Notes: generated by a model not told the origin, from the sequence alone. Positions 29,718 through 39,764 are shown, counted from the stretch's first letter. The stretch: 64,000 bases of DNA from a bacterium (GCA_021811185.1 JAJZPL010000002.1:90483-154482); one strand, 5' to 3'. Translations and numbers: made by a program.

Positions 29718-30332
29718 ATGCCGGCTTTATTTTCCGAAGGCTTCCTGCTGGGGCTTTCCACGGGCTTTTACTGCCTGGCAGCCTGCCTGCCGCTGCTGGC
29801 CCCGTACCTGCTGGCTGAGGGAAAGACAGCCTGGAGGTTCAACTTCCGGATCTTCCTGGAGTTCATGGGGGGGCGTTTCGGGGCCTATATGCTTTTCGCC
29901 CTGCTGGCTTCGCTGGCGGGCAAGGCCGGGCAGGGGGCCCTTCCGCCAAGGCTTCTCCCCGCCGGCATGCTGTCCTGCGGCCTGGTGATGGTGCTGCTGG
30001 CCGCTTTCCGGATCACTTCAGGCCCGGCCGCCTGCCTGCTTAAGACCGACATTAACCCTTTTTTTCGAAGACTGCCCCTGGCTATGGGGTTCATTACCGG
30101 TATAAATATCTGCCCGCCCTTCGCCGCGGGTTTCCTGCGCCTGATGGAAATGGCCGATGTTCTTAAGGGCCTGGTATACTTCTGCGGTTTCTTCGGGGCT
30201 ACCTCCCTCTTTATCTCCCCTGTCATGCTGGGCACTCCCTGGATAGGCGCCCGGGCTAATGAAATAGGCCGGCTTACCCTGCTCATAGCCGGGCTGTGGT
30301 ACACTTTCCTGGGCATTAGCGGGCTTATATAG
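29718..30332 (+). CDS. DsbD_2 / TauE-like membrane protein
   Basis: GFLLGLSTGFYCLAAC, GRFGAY, GINICPP; about 6 TM segments. Confidence 0.7.
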   Translation: MPALFSEGFLLGLSTGFYCLAACLPLLAPYLLAEGKTAWRFNFRIFLEFMGGRFGAYMLFALLASLAGKAGQGALPPRLLPAGMLSCGLVMVLLAAFRITSGPAACLLKTDINPFFRRLPLAMGFITGINICPPFAAGFLRLMEMADVLKGLVYFCGFFGATSLFISPVMLGTPWIGARANEIGRLTLLIAGLWYTFLGISGLI

Positions 30333-30444
30333 GGGCCAAAGGGCCCAGGTGGGCATAGGTCCTTTGGCCTTGCCGGTATTTGGCTTTAGGTCCTATAATT
30401 TATAAAGACTTGACTGTTATCAACCGCAGCGGAGGTTTTCAGCG

Positions 30445-31746
30445 ATGAAGAAAATTTTACTCTCTTTTGCTTTACTCGGAACACTTTCCATGTCAGTCCG
30501 CGCCGCTGCCGACCAGCCCGCTGACGCCTCCTCTTTTGACCAGCTGCTCAAGCAGATAACCGTAGAAACTCCCGCCGCCCCCGAACCCGCTTTCAACATA
30601 GAGAAGACCGAAGTCCTGCCCGCCGAGGGCCGCTTCTGGGTAACCGTAAAAGCCGCCGACAAGTACGAGCGCACCCGCCTTCTGGAAGCCGGCATGGACA
30701 TCGTTGAAATCAAGGGCGACCTGGTCTCAGGTTTCGCCGGCCAGCACACCATGGACGCTTTGTCGTCCAAGGCCTTCTCCCTGGTGAGCAAGATGACGGT
30801 GGAGCAGAAGTACGCCCGCGGCGTCACCAAGGATTTCCCGGCCGCGGACGCCGCCTACCATAACTATAAGGAGACCACCGACCTGCTGAACCAGCTGGCC
30901 TCCAAGAATTCCGACATCGCCTCCGTGTTCTCGATCGGCAAGACCACCGAAGGCCGCGACATCTGGTGCCTGCGCATCAACGCCAGCGCCAAGGGGACCG
31001 CTCCCAGTTCCAAGCCCGGCGCCTTCTTCCTGGGCAACGTGCACGCCCGCGAGCACCTGGCCAACGAAGTGCCGCTGCTGTTCGCGTCCTGGCTGTTCGA
31101 CCACCGGAACGACGCCGACATCAAGCGGTACATCTCGACCCTGGACATCTATATCATCCCGATGGGCAACCCCGACGGCGTGGAATACGACATCAAGGGC
31201 GGCAAGTACCAGTACTTCCGCAAGAACGCCCGCGTGAACCCCGACAAGTCCATCGGCGTGGACTTGAACCGCAATTTCGATTCCTGGTGGTGCGAGGCCG
31301 GCGCCTCCACCTACCCCGGCGCGGACACTTACTGCGGCCCCAAGGCCTTCTCCGAGCCCGAGAGCCAGCACCTGAGGGATTTCATGCTGGCGCGCAAGAA
31401 CCTCAAGACGCACATCAGCTACCACTCCTACGCCAGCGAGATCCTGTACCCCTGGGGCGGCAACGACGCGGATGTGCCGAACGCCAAGGATAAGGACGCT
31501 TTCGTGAAGATGTCCGGCGAGATGGGCAAGCTGACCGGCTACACCGCCCGCAAGTCCAGCGACATGTACATAGCCACCGGCGACAGCTGCGACTGGGCCT
31601 ACGACAAGGGCGGCATCCTGGCCTTCACTTTCGAGCTGGAAGGCAACGGCTTCTACCCTGGCGCGGGCCTGATCACCAAGACGGTGAACAGCAACATCAA
31701 GGCCGCGGTCTACCTGCTGAGCAAGACGGCCAACCCTTACAATTAA
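30445..31746 (+). CDS. Secreted M14 zinc carboxypeptidase
   Basis: HAREH, NPDG, RKN, GVDLNRNF, SYHSY, FTFEL. Confidence 0.92.
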   Translation: MKKILLSFALLGTLSMSVRAAADQPADASSFDQLLKQITVETPAAPEPAFNIEKTEVLPAEGRFWVTVKAADKYERTRLLEAGMDIVEIKGDLVSGFAGQHTMDALSSKAFSLVSKMTVEQKYARGVTKDFPAADAAYHNYKETTDLLNQLASKNSDIASVFSIGKTTEGRDIWCLRINASAKGTAPSSKPGAFFLGNVHAREHLANEVPLLFASWLFDHRNDADIKRYISTLDIYIIPMGNPDGVEYDIKGGKYQYFRKNARVNPDKSIGVDLNRNFDSWWCEAGASTYPGADTYCGPKAFSEPESQHLRDFMLARKNLKTHISYHSYASEILYPWGGNDADVPNAKDKDAFVKMSGEMGKLTGYTARKSSDMYIATGDSCDWAYDKGGILAFTFELEGNGFYPGAGLITKTVNSNIKAAVYLLSKTANPYN

Positions 31747-31763
31747 ACGCGAGCGCGCCGACT

Positions 31764-31793
31764 AAAAAGCCCGGGAAAGTTCCCGGGCTTTTT
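31764..31793. terminator. Bidirectional intrinsic terminator
   Basis: AAAAAGCCCGGGAA-AG-TTCCCGGGCTTTTT between convergent genes. Confidence 0.85.
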
Positions 31794-31813
31794 AATTTTA
31801 ACGCCTGAGCCGC

Positions 31814-32719
31814 TTATTTAAGCGTGAGCGTATAGGATCTTACTTTAGCGGCAGGATAATACGATTCCTTGGTTTTGATGAGGCCCGGCTTGCCCAGGTC
31901 GCTTTCCTTGTTGACGCGGGCGTATGCGGGGGGGAGGCGGGCCGCGAATTCCTTATCGAGAAACTGGTAAAGGCCCTTTACGTCGTCCAGCGCCTTCTCG
32001 AAGTTCAGCACGAAAGTGTCCGGCGCCAGGCGCGAGCCCAGCGCGAAGCCGCAGATCTCGCCGTCGATAAGCACGAGGATGCCCTTCATTTCCAGCAGGT
32101 CCAGGTGCTTGAGCGAATTCACGATGGCCTTGCGCTCGCAGTTGAGCATGTCCAGGCGCGCGCCGGTCTCGGGGTCGTGGGCCCAGCGGTCAAGGAGCTT
32201 AAGACAGGCGTCAGTGTTGGCGGCGGTTATGGCTTCCACGGCAACCTTTCTGACGGCGGCCGTCTGCTTGTTGAACTGCGCCACCAGGTTGCGCTTCTTG
32301 GAGTACTTGTGCCCGGCCAGCCCCGCCAGGTCCGTGGTGTTGTAAAGGTAGTCCATGAAGCCGGGCTGCTCCTCGGCCGTGAACAGGGCCTCGATTTCGG
32401 CCTTATGCCTTTCCAGGTAATCCTGCGGTACGTAGTAAAAACTGTAGTGCCGGTTGCGCCCCGCTATCGCCGCAAGTTCGGAGGGCGGCACGTCGCGGAA
32501 CGGGCAGGGCACCGGCATCAGCAGGCGGCGCGCCGCGGGCGGCTCCAGGTCGGTTTCGGCCAGCAGCAGCAGGTCGCCGTCCAGCTTCCAGGACACCTCG
32601 TAAAGGCAGCGGTTCCAGGCTATTACGGCGGAAAGGGAATATTCGCAGAGGGTGTACGTAGGCCCGTCGAAGTATTTCCTGAGCTCCGGGTAATCTTCGG
32701 GCGTTAGGAGTTTAAACAT
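31814..32719 (-). CDS. DUF2156 / aminoacyl-phosphatidylglycerol synthase-like domain protein
   Basis: DYLY...LAGHKYSKKRN, FEKA, NKESDLGKPGL..TKESY. Confidence 0.85.
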   Translation of the reverse strand: MFKLLTPEDYPELRKYFDGPTYTLCEYSLSAVIAWNRCLYEVSWKLDGDLLLLAETDLEPPAARRLLMPVPCPFRDVPPSELAAIAGRNRHYSFYYVPQDYLERHKAEIEALFTAEEQPGFMDYLYNTTDLAGLAGHKYSKKRNLVAQFNKQTAAVRKVAVEAITAANTDACLKLLDRWAHDPETGARLDMLNCERKAIVNSLKHLDLLEMKGILVLIDGEICGFALGSRLAPDTFVLNFEKALDDVKGLYQFLDKEFAARLPPAYARVNKESDLGKPGLIKTKESYYPAAKVRSYTLTLK

Positions 32720-33140
32720 TGCTGCCTTTGGAGAGCATCGGCGCCGCGTTCTTCAGGGTCCTGAACCCCAGCTTAAGGTAGAAAGGTTCGGAATGGTCCT
32801 GGGCTATCAGGCCAAGCCAGCCCACGCCGTCGCGCTTGAGCCGGGCCTTAAGGGCTTTAACTATGGCGCTGCCGGCACCGGAATGACGTTCGCTCTTTAG
32901 TACGGCCACGTCCTGGATGTAGGCGTCGCTGACCCCGTCGCTGATGGCCCGGCCGATGCCTACGATACGGCCGTCCAGTTCGGCCACGACGAAGCCGTGG
33001 CTGCCTTTTATCAGTTTTTTAAGCAGCGCGGGGGTGTCGGTGCGCTTCCACCAGCCTTGCGCGCGGTAAATTGTTATAATTCCGTTTAACGTTCCGGCAT
33101 CCGCCTTGCCGATGAACCTGCAGGTAACGCGGTGTGACAT
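32712..33140 (-). CDS. GNAT N-acetyltransferase
   Basis: GRAISDGVSDAYIQDVAV...RHSGAGS...FYLKLGF; the real gene is the 3' third of the 430-aa track ORF. Confidence 0.85.
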   Translation of the reverse strand: MSHRVTCRFIGKADAGTLNGIITIYRAQGWWKRTDTPALLKKLIKGSHGFVVAELDGRIVGIGRAISDGVSDAYIQDVAVLKSERHSGAGSAIVKALKARLKRDGVGWLGLIAQDHSEPFYLKLGFRTLKNAAPMLSKGSNV

Positions 33141-33200
33141 GCGGTTATAATAACAATCTTGGGGCCGGCAGTGAAAGCCGGCCAGGTTTACGGGGGAAAA

Positions 33201-33983
33201 ATGCATACTGAAGAAAAGAACGGCCTTAAGCTGCTGCGGTTCGACCTGTTCAGGAACCAGGAAGACCTTTCCTGCGCGGTGGCCACCCGCGCCGGCGGGG
33301 TAAGTTCCGGCCCGTATTTCGGCCTTAACCTGGGCTCGGGCACCGGCGACAAGCTGGAGCTGGTGGAAGAGAACCTGGAGCTGTTCTGCGGCGTGATGGG
33401 GGCGGAGTCCGCCCGGCTCGGGCGGATGCAGCAGCGCCATACGGCGAACGTGGCGGTGCTGGAGAACGGCGGGGGGGCCGCCACCGAAAACACCGACGCG
33501 CTGGTCACCGCCGTGCCGGGAGTGCCGCTGCTGGCGCTTTCGGCAGACTGCGCTCTTACCTGCTTTTACGATCCCAAAAGAAAGGTGCTGGCCGTGGCCC
33601 ACAGCGGCTGGCGGGGGGCTTTCCTGGGCGTCTATGCCGCCACCCTGAACGTTATGAAGATGCGCTATGGAACGGAGCCGGGGGACGTTACGGCGGGAGT
33701 TTCGCCCATGATCTCGGCGGCCAACTACCCGGTGCGTGAGGATTTCCTGGAAAAACTGAAGGCCTTCTATCCCGGCGGGGCGGACAAGCGCTTTCTTACG
33801 ATGAAGGACGGCCTGCATTTCTTCAACCTGCGCGAACTCCTGCGCTCCCAGTTGGAGACTCTGGGCGTGAAGGACCATGAGTTCATGCACCTCTGCACGT
33901 ACGCGGAAAAAGAAATGTTCTATTCCTGGCGGCGGGACGGCGGGAAGACCGGCCGCTTCGGCCTGATGGCGATGATAAAGTAG
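33201..33983 (+). CDS. pgeF: YfiH/PgeF-family purine nucleoside phosphorylase
   Basis: TRAGGVS, QRH, DALVT, ADC, HSGWRG, YSWRR. Confidence 0.88.
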   Translation: MHTEEKNGLKLLRFDLFRNQEDLSCAVATRAGGVSSGPYFGLNLGSGTGDKLELVEENLELFCGVMGAESARLGRMQQRHTANVAVLENGGGAATENTDALVTAVPGVPLLALSADCALTCFYDPKRKVLAVAHSGWRGAFLGVYAATLNVMKMRYGTEPGDVTAGVSPMISAANYPVREDFLEKLKAFYPGGADKRFLTMKDGLHFFNLRELLRSQLETLGVKDHEFMHLCTYAEKEMFYSWRRDGGKTGRFGLMAMIK

Positions 33984-33985
33984 TT

Positions 33986-34759
33986 TTATCTCACCATGTT
34001 CCACACGATCTTGGCGAGCAGGGCGGCGGAGACGGTGAACAGCATCGGGCGTATGACCCAGGCGCCCTTTTTAAGGGCCAGGTGGGAGCCGGCGTAATTG
34101 CCGGCCATGCCGGCCAGGCCCATGGCGAGGCCCAACTTGAGGTGCACGCGGCCGAGGTACAGGAAAGCGCCCAGCGCGGCCAGGTTGGAGACCAGGTTTA
34201 AAAGCTTGGCCAGCGCCGTGGCGCGGAGCAGGTCGAAGCCGCAGACCCTGGCGAAGGCCACGGCCAGGAAAGTGCCGGTGCCGGGCCCGAGCAGCCCGTC
34301 GTAAAAACTCACACAGAAAGAAATGCTCCCGGACCGCGCCAGCAGGGCGTTGTCGTTGAAGCGCGCGCTGGTATCCGCCAGGCCGAAGCTCTTTTTTGCG
34401 GCCAGGAAGATGGCCACCGGGGGGAGCAGGACTATCAGCAGGTAGCGGATGGCTTCCGGCGGCACCAGCGCGATGGCCCTGGCGCCCAGGAAGGCCCCGG
34501 CCGCGGCCAGGAAGACAAGGATGAAGAGCAGGTCCCACCTGGTGCGAGTTTCCTTAAGGAAGCGCGCGGCGGCTACCGTGGTGCCCATGGCGGAAGAAAG
34601 CTTGTTGGTGCCGAGAAGATACAGGGGGCTTACGCCGTAGGCCAGATAAGCCGGCAGGGTTATCAGGCCGCCGCCGCCGGCGATGGCGTCCACAAAGCCG
34701 GCCAGGAAGACCAGCAGGGCGAGAGGGGCGTAAGGCAGGGCGGCGTGAAGCAGGTCCAT
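33986..34759 (-). CDS. TSUP (TauE/SafE, YfcA-like) transporter
   Basis: AGFVDAIAGGGGLI, GTNK, FYDGLLGPGTG. Confidence 0.9.
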   Translation of the reverse strand: MDLLHAALPYAPLALLVFLAGFVDAIAGGGGLITLPAYLAYGVSPLYLLGTNKLSSAMGTTVAAARFLKETRTRWDLLFILVFLAAAGAFLGARAIALVPPEAIRYLLIVLLPPVAIFLAAKKSFGLADTSARFNDNALLARSGSISFCVSFYDGLLGPGTGTFLAVAFARVCGFDLLRATALAKLLNLVSNLAALGAFLYLGRVHLKLGLAMGLAGMAGNYAGSHLALKKGAWVIRPMLFTVSAALLAKIVWNMVR

Positions 34760-34838
34760 AGAAACAATATATTACTATTTTGCGAAGAACCCCGCGAAAA
34801 TGTAGAATTACTGCATCTCATACAAGGCGGTGCTAACG

Positions 34839-36581
34839 ATGGAACTCGATGCTAACCTGGAAAAACTTAAAAACACCATAGAGATCTCCGGCGGCGCCAA
34901 GCCCGTGGACCTGCTGCTTAAGAACGCGCGCGTGATCAACACTTTCTCCGGGGATATCCACCGCACGCACGTGGCCATCCACGGCGGCCGCGTGGTGGGC
35001 TTCGGCGACTACAAGGCCCGCCAGACCATGGACCTCAAGGACGCCTACGTCTCCCCCGGCTTCATCGACGGCCACGTCCATATCGAAAGCTCCATGGTGA
35101 AGGTGCCCGAGTTCGCCAGCGTGGTGCTGCCGCACGGCACCACCTCCGCCGTGATCGACCCCCACGAGATCGCCAACGTCCTGGGCCTGGACGGCATCAG
35201 GTACATGATGGCCTCCAGCGAGGACAGCCCCCTGAGCGTGTACGTCATGCTCCCTTCCTGCGTGCCCGCCACCTCCCTCGAGACCGCCGGCGCCGAGCTT
35301 TCCGCCCACGACCTGGGCCTGCTGCTGAACGACGAGCGCGTGCTGGGCATCGGCGAGATGATGGACTACCCCGGCGTGATCTACCGCAACGAGGAAGTGC
35401 TCAAGAAGATCCTGATCGCCAAGAACAAGGTGATAGACGGCCACGCCCCGATGCTGAAGGACAAACAGCTTTACGCCTACGTGGCCGCGGGCATCCGCTC
35501 GGACCACGAGTGCACCGACGTGGCCGAGGCCAGGGAGAAGCTGCGCGCCGGCATGTACATCATGATCCGCGAGGGCACGGCCGCCAAGAACCTCAAGGGC
35601 CTGCTGCCGCTGGTGAACTCCGAGAATTCCCGCAAGTTCTTCTTCGTGACCGACGACCGGCACCTGGAGGACATCGCCCGCGAAGGCCACATAGACTACC
35701 TGGTGCGCACCGCGGTGCGCCTGGGCGTGGACCCGATCCGCGCCATCCAGATGGCCACCATCAATACCGCCGAGTACTTCGGCATCAAGAACCTGGGCGC
35801 CATAGCTCCCGGCTACGCGGCCGACCTGGTGGTGTTCGACGACCTGAAGAAGATGAAGATCTCCAAGGTGTTCAAGAACGGCAAACTGGTCTCGAAGGCC
35901 GGCGTGATAGAGCCGGGCGTAATAAAGGACTACCACGGCAAGACCCGCGGCACCGTCAACGTCAAATGGATAGAGCACGAGGACTTCGCGCTGAAGGCCG
36001 AGAGCCAGCACGCCCGCGTGATCAACGTGATCCCCGACCAGATCGTCACCAGGATGACCGTGGAAAAAGTCAAGGAGGACGGCGGCTACGTCTCTTCCGA
36101 CACTGAGAAGGATATCCTGAAGATCGCCGTGATAGAACGCCACATGGCCTCCGGCCGCGTGGCGCTGGCGCTGGTGAAAGGCTTCGGCCTCAAGAAAGGC
36201 GCCATCGCCTCCTCGGTCTCGCACGATTCTCATAACATCGTAGTGATAGGCACGCACGACGGGGATATGTATACCGCCGCCGTGCAGGTGGTCAAGATGC
36301 AGGGCGGCATAGTGGCGGCGCTGAACGGCCAGGTGCTGGAAGCCCTGCCGCTGCCCGTGGCCGGCCTGATGTCCGACCGCAGCGCCGAGTTCGTGCGCGA
36401 AAAGCAGAAGCGCCTGAACGAAATAGCGAAGATGCTGGGCTCCAAACTTTCGGACCCGTTCATGGCCATGTCCTTCCTTACGCTGCCGCCCATCCCCGAG
36501 ATCCGCCTCACCGACCGCGGCCTGATCGACGCCGTCAAGTTCAAAGTGGTGCCGCTGTTCTGCGGCCCCGGGGGCAAATGA
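34839..36581 (+). CDS. ade: Adenine deaminase
   Basis: PGFIDGHVHIESS, DPHEIANV, DGHAP, SDHEC, HDSHN; start may be GTG at 34830. Confidence 0.95.
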   Translation: MELDANLEKLKNTIEISGGAKPVDLLLKNARVINTFSGDIHRTHVAIHGGRVVGFGDYKARQTMDLKDAYVSPGFIDGHVHIESSMVKVPEFASVVLPHGTTSAVIDPHEIANVLGLDGIRYMMASSEDSPLSVYVMLPSCVPATSLETAGAELSAHDLGLLLNDERVLGIGEMMDYPGVIYRNEEVLKKILIAKNKVIDGHAPMLKDKQLYAYVAAGIRSDHECTDVAEAREKLRAGMYIMIREGTAAKNLKGLLPLVNSENSRKFFFVTDDRHLEDIAREGHIDYLVRTAVRLGVDPIRAIQMATINTAEYFGIKNLGAIAPGYAADLVVFDDLKKMKISKVFKNGKLVSKAGVIEPGVIKDYHGKTRGTVNVKWIEHEDFALKAESQHARVINVIPDQIVTRMTVEKVKEDGGYVSSDTEKDILKIAVIERHMASGRVALALVKGFGLKKGAIASSVSHDSHNIVVIGTHDGDMYTAAVQVVKMQGGIVAALNGQVLEALPLPVAGLMSDRSAEFVREKQKRLNEIAKMLGSKLSDPFMAMSFLTLPPIPEIRLTDRGLIDAVKFKVVPLFCGPGGK

Positions 36582-37753
36582 GACGCCTCCTACCTGCCGC
36601 CGTCCTCCTGCTCCTGGCCGGCGCCGCCGCCGCGGCGCGCGTTGAGCGCGGGCCCTACCTGGAGAACATGGCGCAGGACATGGTGACCGTCCGCTTCCGG
36701 GCGGACGTCTCTACCCCGGCCTGGCTCTCTTACGGCGTCGTTCCCGACTGCGAGCGGTTCCTTACCAGCGCGGCGCAGCTGAAGGAACAAAAAATAACGC
36801 TGTTCGGCCTTACGCCGGATACCACTTACTGTTACCGGCTTTACCTGCCGGCCGACCAGAGCACCGGAGTCTACAAGGCCTTCGAGGGGCCTTTTACCAC
36901 TTTCAAAGGGGAAGATAAACCCGAATTCTCTTTCCTGGCTTTCGGCGATTCCGGCTCGGGGTCGCAGGAGCAGCGCGATCTCGCGGCCCAGATGGACAAG
37001 TTCCATCCCGATTTCGTGCTGCATATGGGCGACATGGTGGAATCGGGCCTGGATTCAGACGCCGACGCGCAGTACTTCAAGCCCTACGCCGGGCTGCTGG
37101 CCCGCGCGCCGTTCTTCCTGGCGCTGGGCAACCACGACTACGGCAAGGACCTGCGCACGCCGGACGGGCGCGGCTTCATCAAGGCCAACTACGCCCCGTT
37201 CCACAGCGTCCCGCTCACCGGTCTGCCGCCCCATTACTATTTTTTCGACGAGGGCAACGCGCGCTTCTTCGTGCTGGATACCAACGCCTTCGACGGCGCC
37301 AAGTTCGCCCCGGCGCTGGAGCCGGGCTCCAGGCAGTATAAATGGCTGGAGCGCTACCTGGCGAAATCGGCCGACAAAGAATGGAAGTTCGTGGTGGTGC
37401 ACGAGCCCATCTATTCCACCGGGGCGCACGGGGCCGCGGAAGCGGAAGTTAAAGCGCTGGAACCGCTGCTGCTTAAATATAAAGTGGACATAGTCTTCCA
37501 GGGGCACGACCACGACTACGAGCGGACGATGCCGGTGAAGGAAGGGCTGCCCGACGAGGCGGAGGGGATCGTGTACATCACGCTGGCGGGCGGCGGCAGC
37601 ACGCTCTATATCCAAAGGCGCAATGAGGAATGGTCGGAGAAATTCCTGCCGACCTACCACTTCGCTTTTATCGAGGTTAAGGACCAGGTCTTCAATATGT
37701 CCGTCTACAACAAAGACGGCGAGGTAATAGATTCCCTGGAGATACAGAAGTAG
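36578..37753 (+). CDS. Secreted purple acid phosphatase-like metallophosphoesterase
   Basis: GD, HMGD, GNHD, HEP, GHDHDYER; N-terminal FN3-like domain. Confidence 0.88.
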   Translation: MRRLLPAAVLLLLAGAAAAARVERGPYLENMAQDMVTVRFRADVSTPAWLSYGVVPDCERFLTSAAQLKEQKITLFGLTPDTTYCYRLYLPADQSTGVYKAFEGPFTTFKGEDKPEFSFLAFGDSGSGSQEQRDLAAQMDKFHPDFVLHMGDMVESGLDSDADAQYFKPYAGLLARAPFFLALGNHDYGKDLRTPDGRGFIKANYAPFHSVPLTGLPPHYYFFDEGNARFFVLDTNAFDGAKFAPALEPGSRQYKWLERYLAKSADKEWKFVVVHEPIYSTGAHGAAEAEVKALEPLLLKYKVDIVFQGHDHDYERTMPVKEGLPDEAEGIVYITLAGGGSTLYIQRRNEEWSEKFLPTYHFAFIEVKDQVFNMSVYNKDGEVIDSLEIQK

Positions 37754-37765
37754 AGGGCTTTGTAA

Positions 37766-38569
37766 ATGAAATTAATGGCCGGCGTGATTTCCGAGACTGA
37801 GGCCAAGTCTTTCTCCGATTCCGGCGCCGACGAACTTTATTGCGGCCTTTGCCTCATAAACAACCATCGAGACCCGGAACTGAGCGTTGACCTGGCGGGC
37901 CTTACGCGGATTATAAAGGCCGCCCGGAACCGCCGCAAACCAGTATTCCTAGCAGCTAACGAGACCTATCATCAAAGCTGGTACCCGCGTATCGTGGAAA
38001 CGATCTCGGACTGCCTGGCCGCCGGCCTGTCCGGGCTGATAATTAGGGATATGGGTTTGCTCTCCTACCTGCGGGAGCGAAGTGTGAAAACACGGTTTAT
38101 ATTAAGCGCGCTAGGCTGCTGCTTCAACTCCGGCGCGCTGTCCTTCTATGCCTGCCTCGGCATAGAGAGGATAACGGTTCCCCAGCAACTTACTCCTGCC
38201 GAGGCCGGAAGGCTGCTCCATAACCGGCTTGGGCTTGAAACCGAAGTGTTCTTCCACGATTTCAGCTACTGCGTCAATATAGACGGGGCCTGCGTGCTGC
38301 ACGATTTCCCGGGAGCGGCATGTGCCTCTCACCCCTGCCTCGAGACCTATACTCTGCAGGGGAAAAAATTCGTTATGCCCAAGCCGTCCCGCCCGGAGAT
38401 GATGCGCATGTTCTACTCTTTTTACAAAGAGGGAGCTCAGTATCTTAAGACCCCCCGCTATGGTGATTTCAGTCACGGTGCCGCGGTGGTCCAGAGAGCC
38501 CTTAAACTTATCTCCCTTGCCGGCGCCAGCGCCAGCGAGAGCGAATTCCTTACGGCGGCTGGCCGATGA
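37766..38569 (+). CDS. U32 peptidase-family protein
   Basis: GADELYCG, LIIRDMGL, ETEVFFH...CVNIDGAC...C..PC, YLK. Confidence 0.75.
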   Translation: MKLMAGVISETEAKSFSDSGADELYCGLCLINNHRDPELSVDLAGLTRIIKAARNRRKPVFLAANETYHQSWYPRIVETISDCLAAGLSGLIIRDMGLLSYLRERSVKTRFILSALGCCFNSGALSFYACLGIERITVPQQLTPAEAGRLLHNRLGLETEVFFHDFSYCVNIDGACVLHDFPGAACASHPCLETYTLQGKKFVMPKPSRPEMMRMFYSFYKEGAQYLKTPRYGDFSHGAAVVQRALKLISLAGASASESEFLTAAGR

Positions 38570-39369
38570 TGGAATACGCCGTCGCCCTTTCTTCCGCGCA
38601 GTTGCGCTCCACGCCTGCGGGGGCGTTCTCGGCCTTTGACCGCATTTACGCAGGCAGCGAATTCTGTCAGAACCTTCTGCCGGACCCGGCGGCGCTGGCA
38701 TCGGCCTGTAAAAGGCTGGCCAGACCTTTTACGCTGCTGCTGCCGCCAGTTACGGACGAGTTCCTCCCAAGGGCTGCGGCTTTGTCCGGCGCGCTGACCT
38801 CGGCCGGGTATGTGGACGAAATAGTGGTCAACGATCCCGGCCTGGCTGGCCTTCTGTCCGTAAAAGTACCGCGGCAAAAAGCGCGGCTTTCTGCCGGCAG
38901 AGTGCTTACCGTAATGATGGGGCACAGCGCTTTTTCCGGTATCTTTTTCACCGTTTTCGGCGGACGCCTCGAAGCGATTGAAGCGGACAGTCCTGACCGG
39001 CTGCGAATGGCGCAGGGGGGGGCGTCAGCGCCTGTCAATTTTCACGCCCCGCTGGCTTACCTCAGTGTTACAAGGTATTGCCACTTTAAAAAAGGTTTTA
39101 ATGGCCCCTGCAAGGTGCCGTGCGGCGAGAAGCTGCGCCCGGTGGCGTACCGCGGGAGGCCGGGCGGGTTCTATATCCGCGGAAACGCTTGCCTGCGTGA
39201 CAACCGGGAAGAGCTTAAGAGGGGCGGCGGGATTGACGGTCTTCTCGCCGCTTTCCCGGCGGTCAAGAGACTGGTGCTGGCCGCTCCCGGTGGAGCTGGG
39301 TTTAGCAGGCTGATGGGAGTGACGGACAGGCGAAAACTCCTGGAAGAGGCTTTTGGCGCTTTGCAATAA
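38566..39369 (+). CDS. U32-like partner protein
   Basis: RIYAGSEFC, DEIVVNDPG, SVTRYC...C...C; ATGA overlap with the upstream gene. Confidence 0.6.
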   Translation: MMEYAVALSSAQLRSTPAGAFSAFDRIYAGSEFCQNLLPDPAALASACKRLARPFTLLLPPVTDEFLPRAAALSGALTSAGYVDEIVVNDPGLAGLLSVKVPRQKARLSAGRVLTVMMGHSAFSGIFFTVFGGRLEAIEADSPDRLRMAQGGASAPVNFHAPLAYLSVTRYCHFKKGFNGPCKVPCGEKLRPVAYRGRPGGFYIRGNACLRDNREELKRGGGIDGLLAAFPAVKRLVLAAPGGAGFSRLMGVTDRRKLLEEAFGALQ

Positions 39370-39584
39370 CGTCACCGGCCCCGTGGCCATGTCCAGCCAG
39401 GGAAATCCCCGGAGGCGGGCCGCGGCTTTAAAGTTTTCCACCGCTCACAAAACGAAGTTCCCGGGGCCGCAATGCCTACGATACCTGCCGGATCTCAATT
39501 CCAAACACCGTATTTACCCTGTCACTTTTACTCGTTGTGGCGGATATCGCGGTCATGAGATGTAAGTTCTTCCGACGTGAAATG

Positions 39585-39613
39585 TTGCAAAAGTCTTTAC
39601 CTTGTGCTATACT
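39585..39613 (+). promoter_or_regulatory. Sigma-70 promoter of tRNA-Met
   Basis: TTGCAA-17 nt-TATACT with extended TGn. Confidence 0.75.
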
Positions 39614-39618
39614 TATTG

Positions 39619-39695
<77 letters not shown>

Positions 39696-39741
39696 TTTAG
39701 ACGCTCTACAGATCGAACTTGCAATGAAAATAGCAGGGCAT

Positions 39742-39764
39742 GAACCTCCGAAAGGGGGTTTTTT
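39742..39764 (+). terminator. Intrinsic terminator after tRNA
   Basis: AACCTCC-GAAA-GGGGGTT then T run. Confidence 0.75.

Noticed and set aside
33141-34004. N-terminal 288 aa of the 430-aa ORF as a GNAT fusion
   Set aside because: Antisense to pgeF; the real GNAT start at 33140 has its own -10 box
39353-39565. 70-aa ORF between the U32 pair and the tRNA
   Set aside because: TTG start inside the upstream gene, no SD, no motif; probably non-coding
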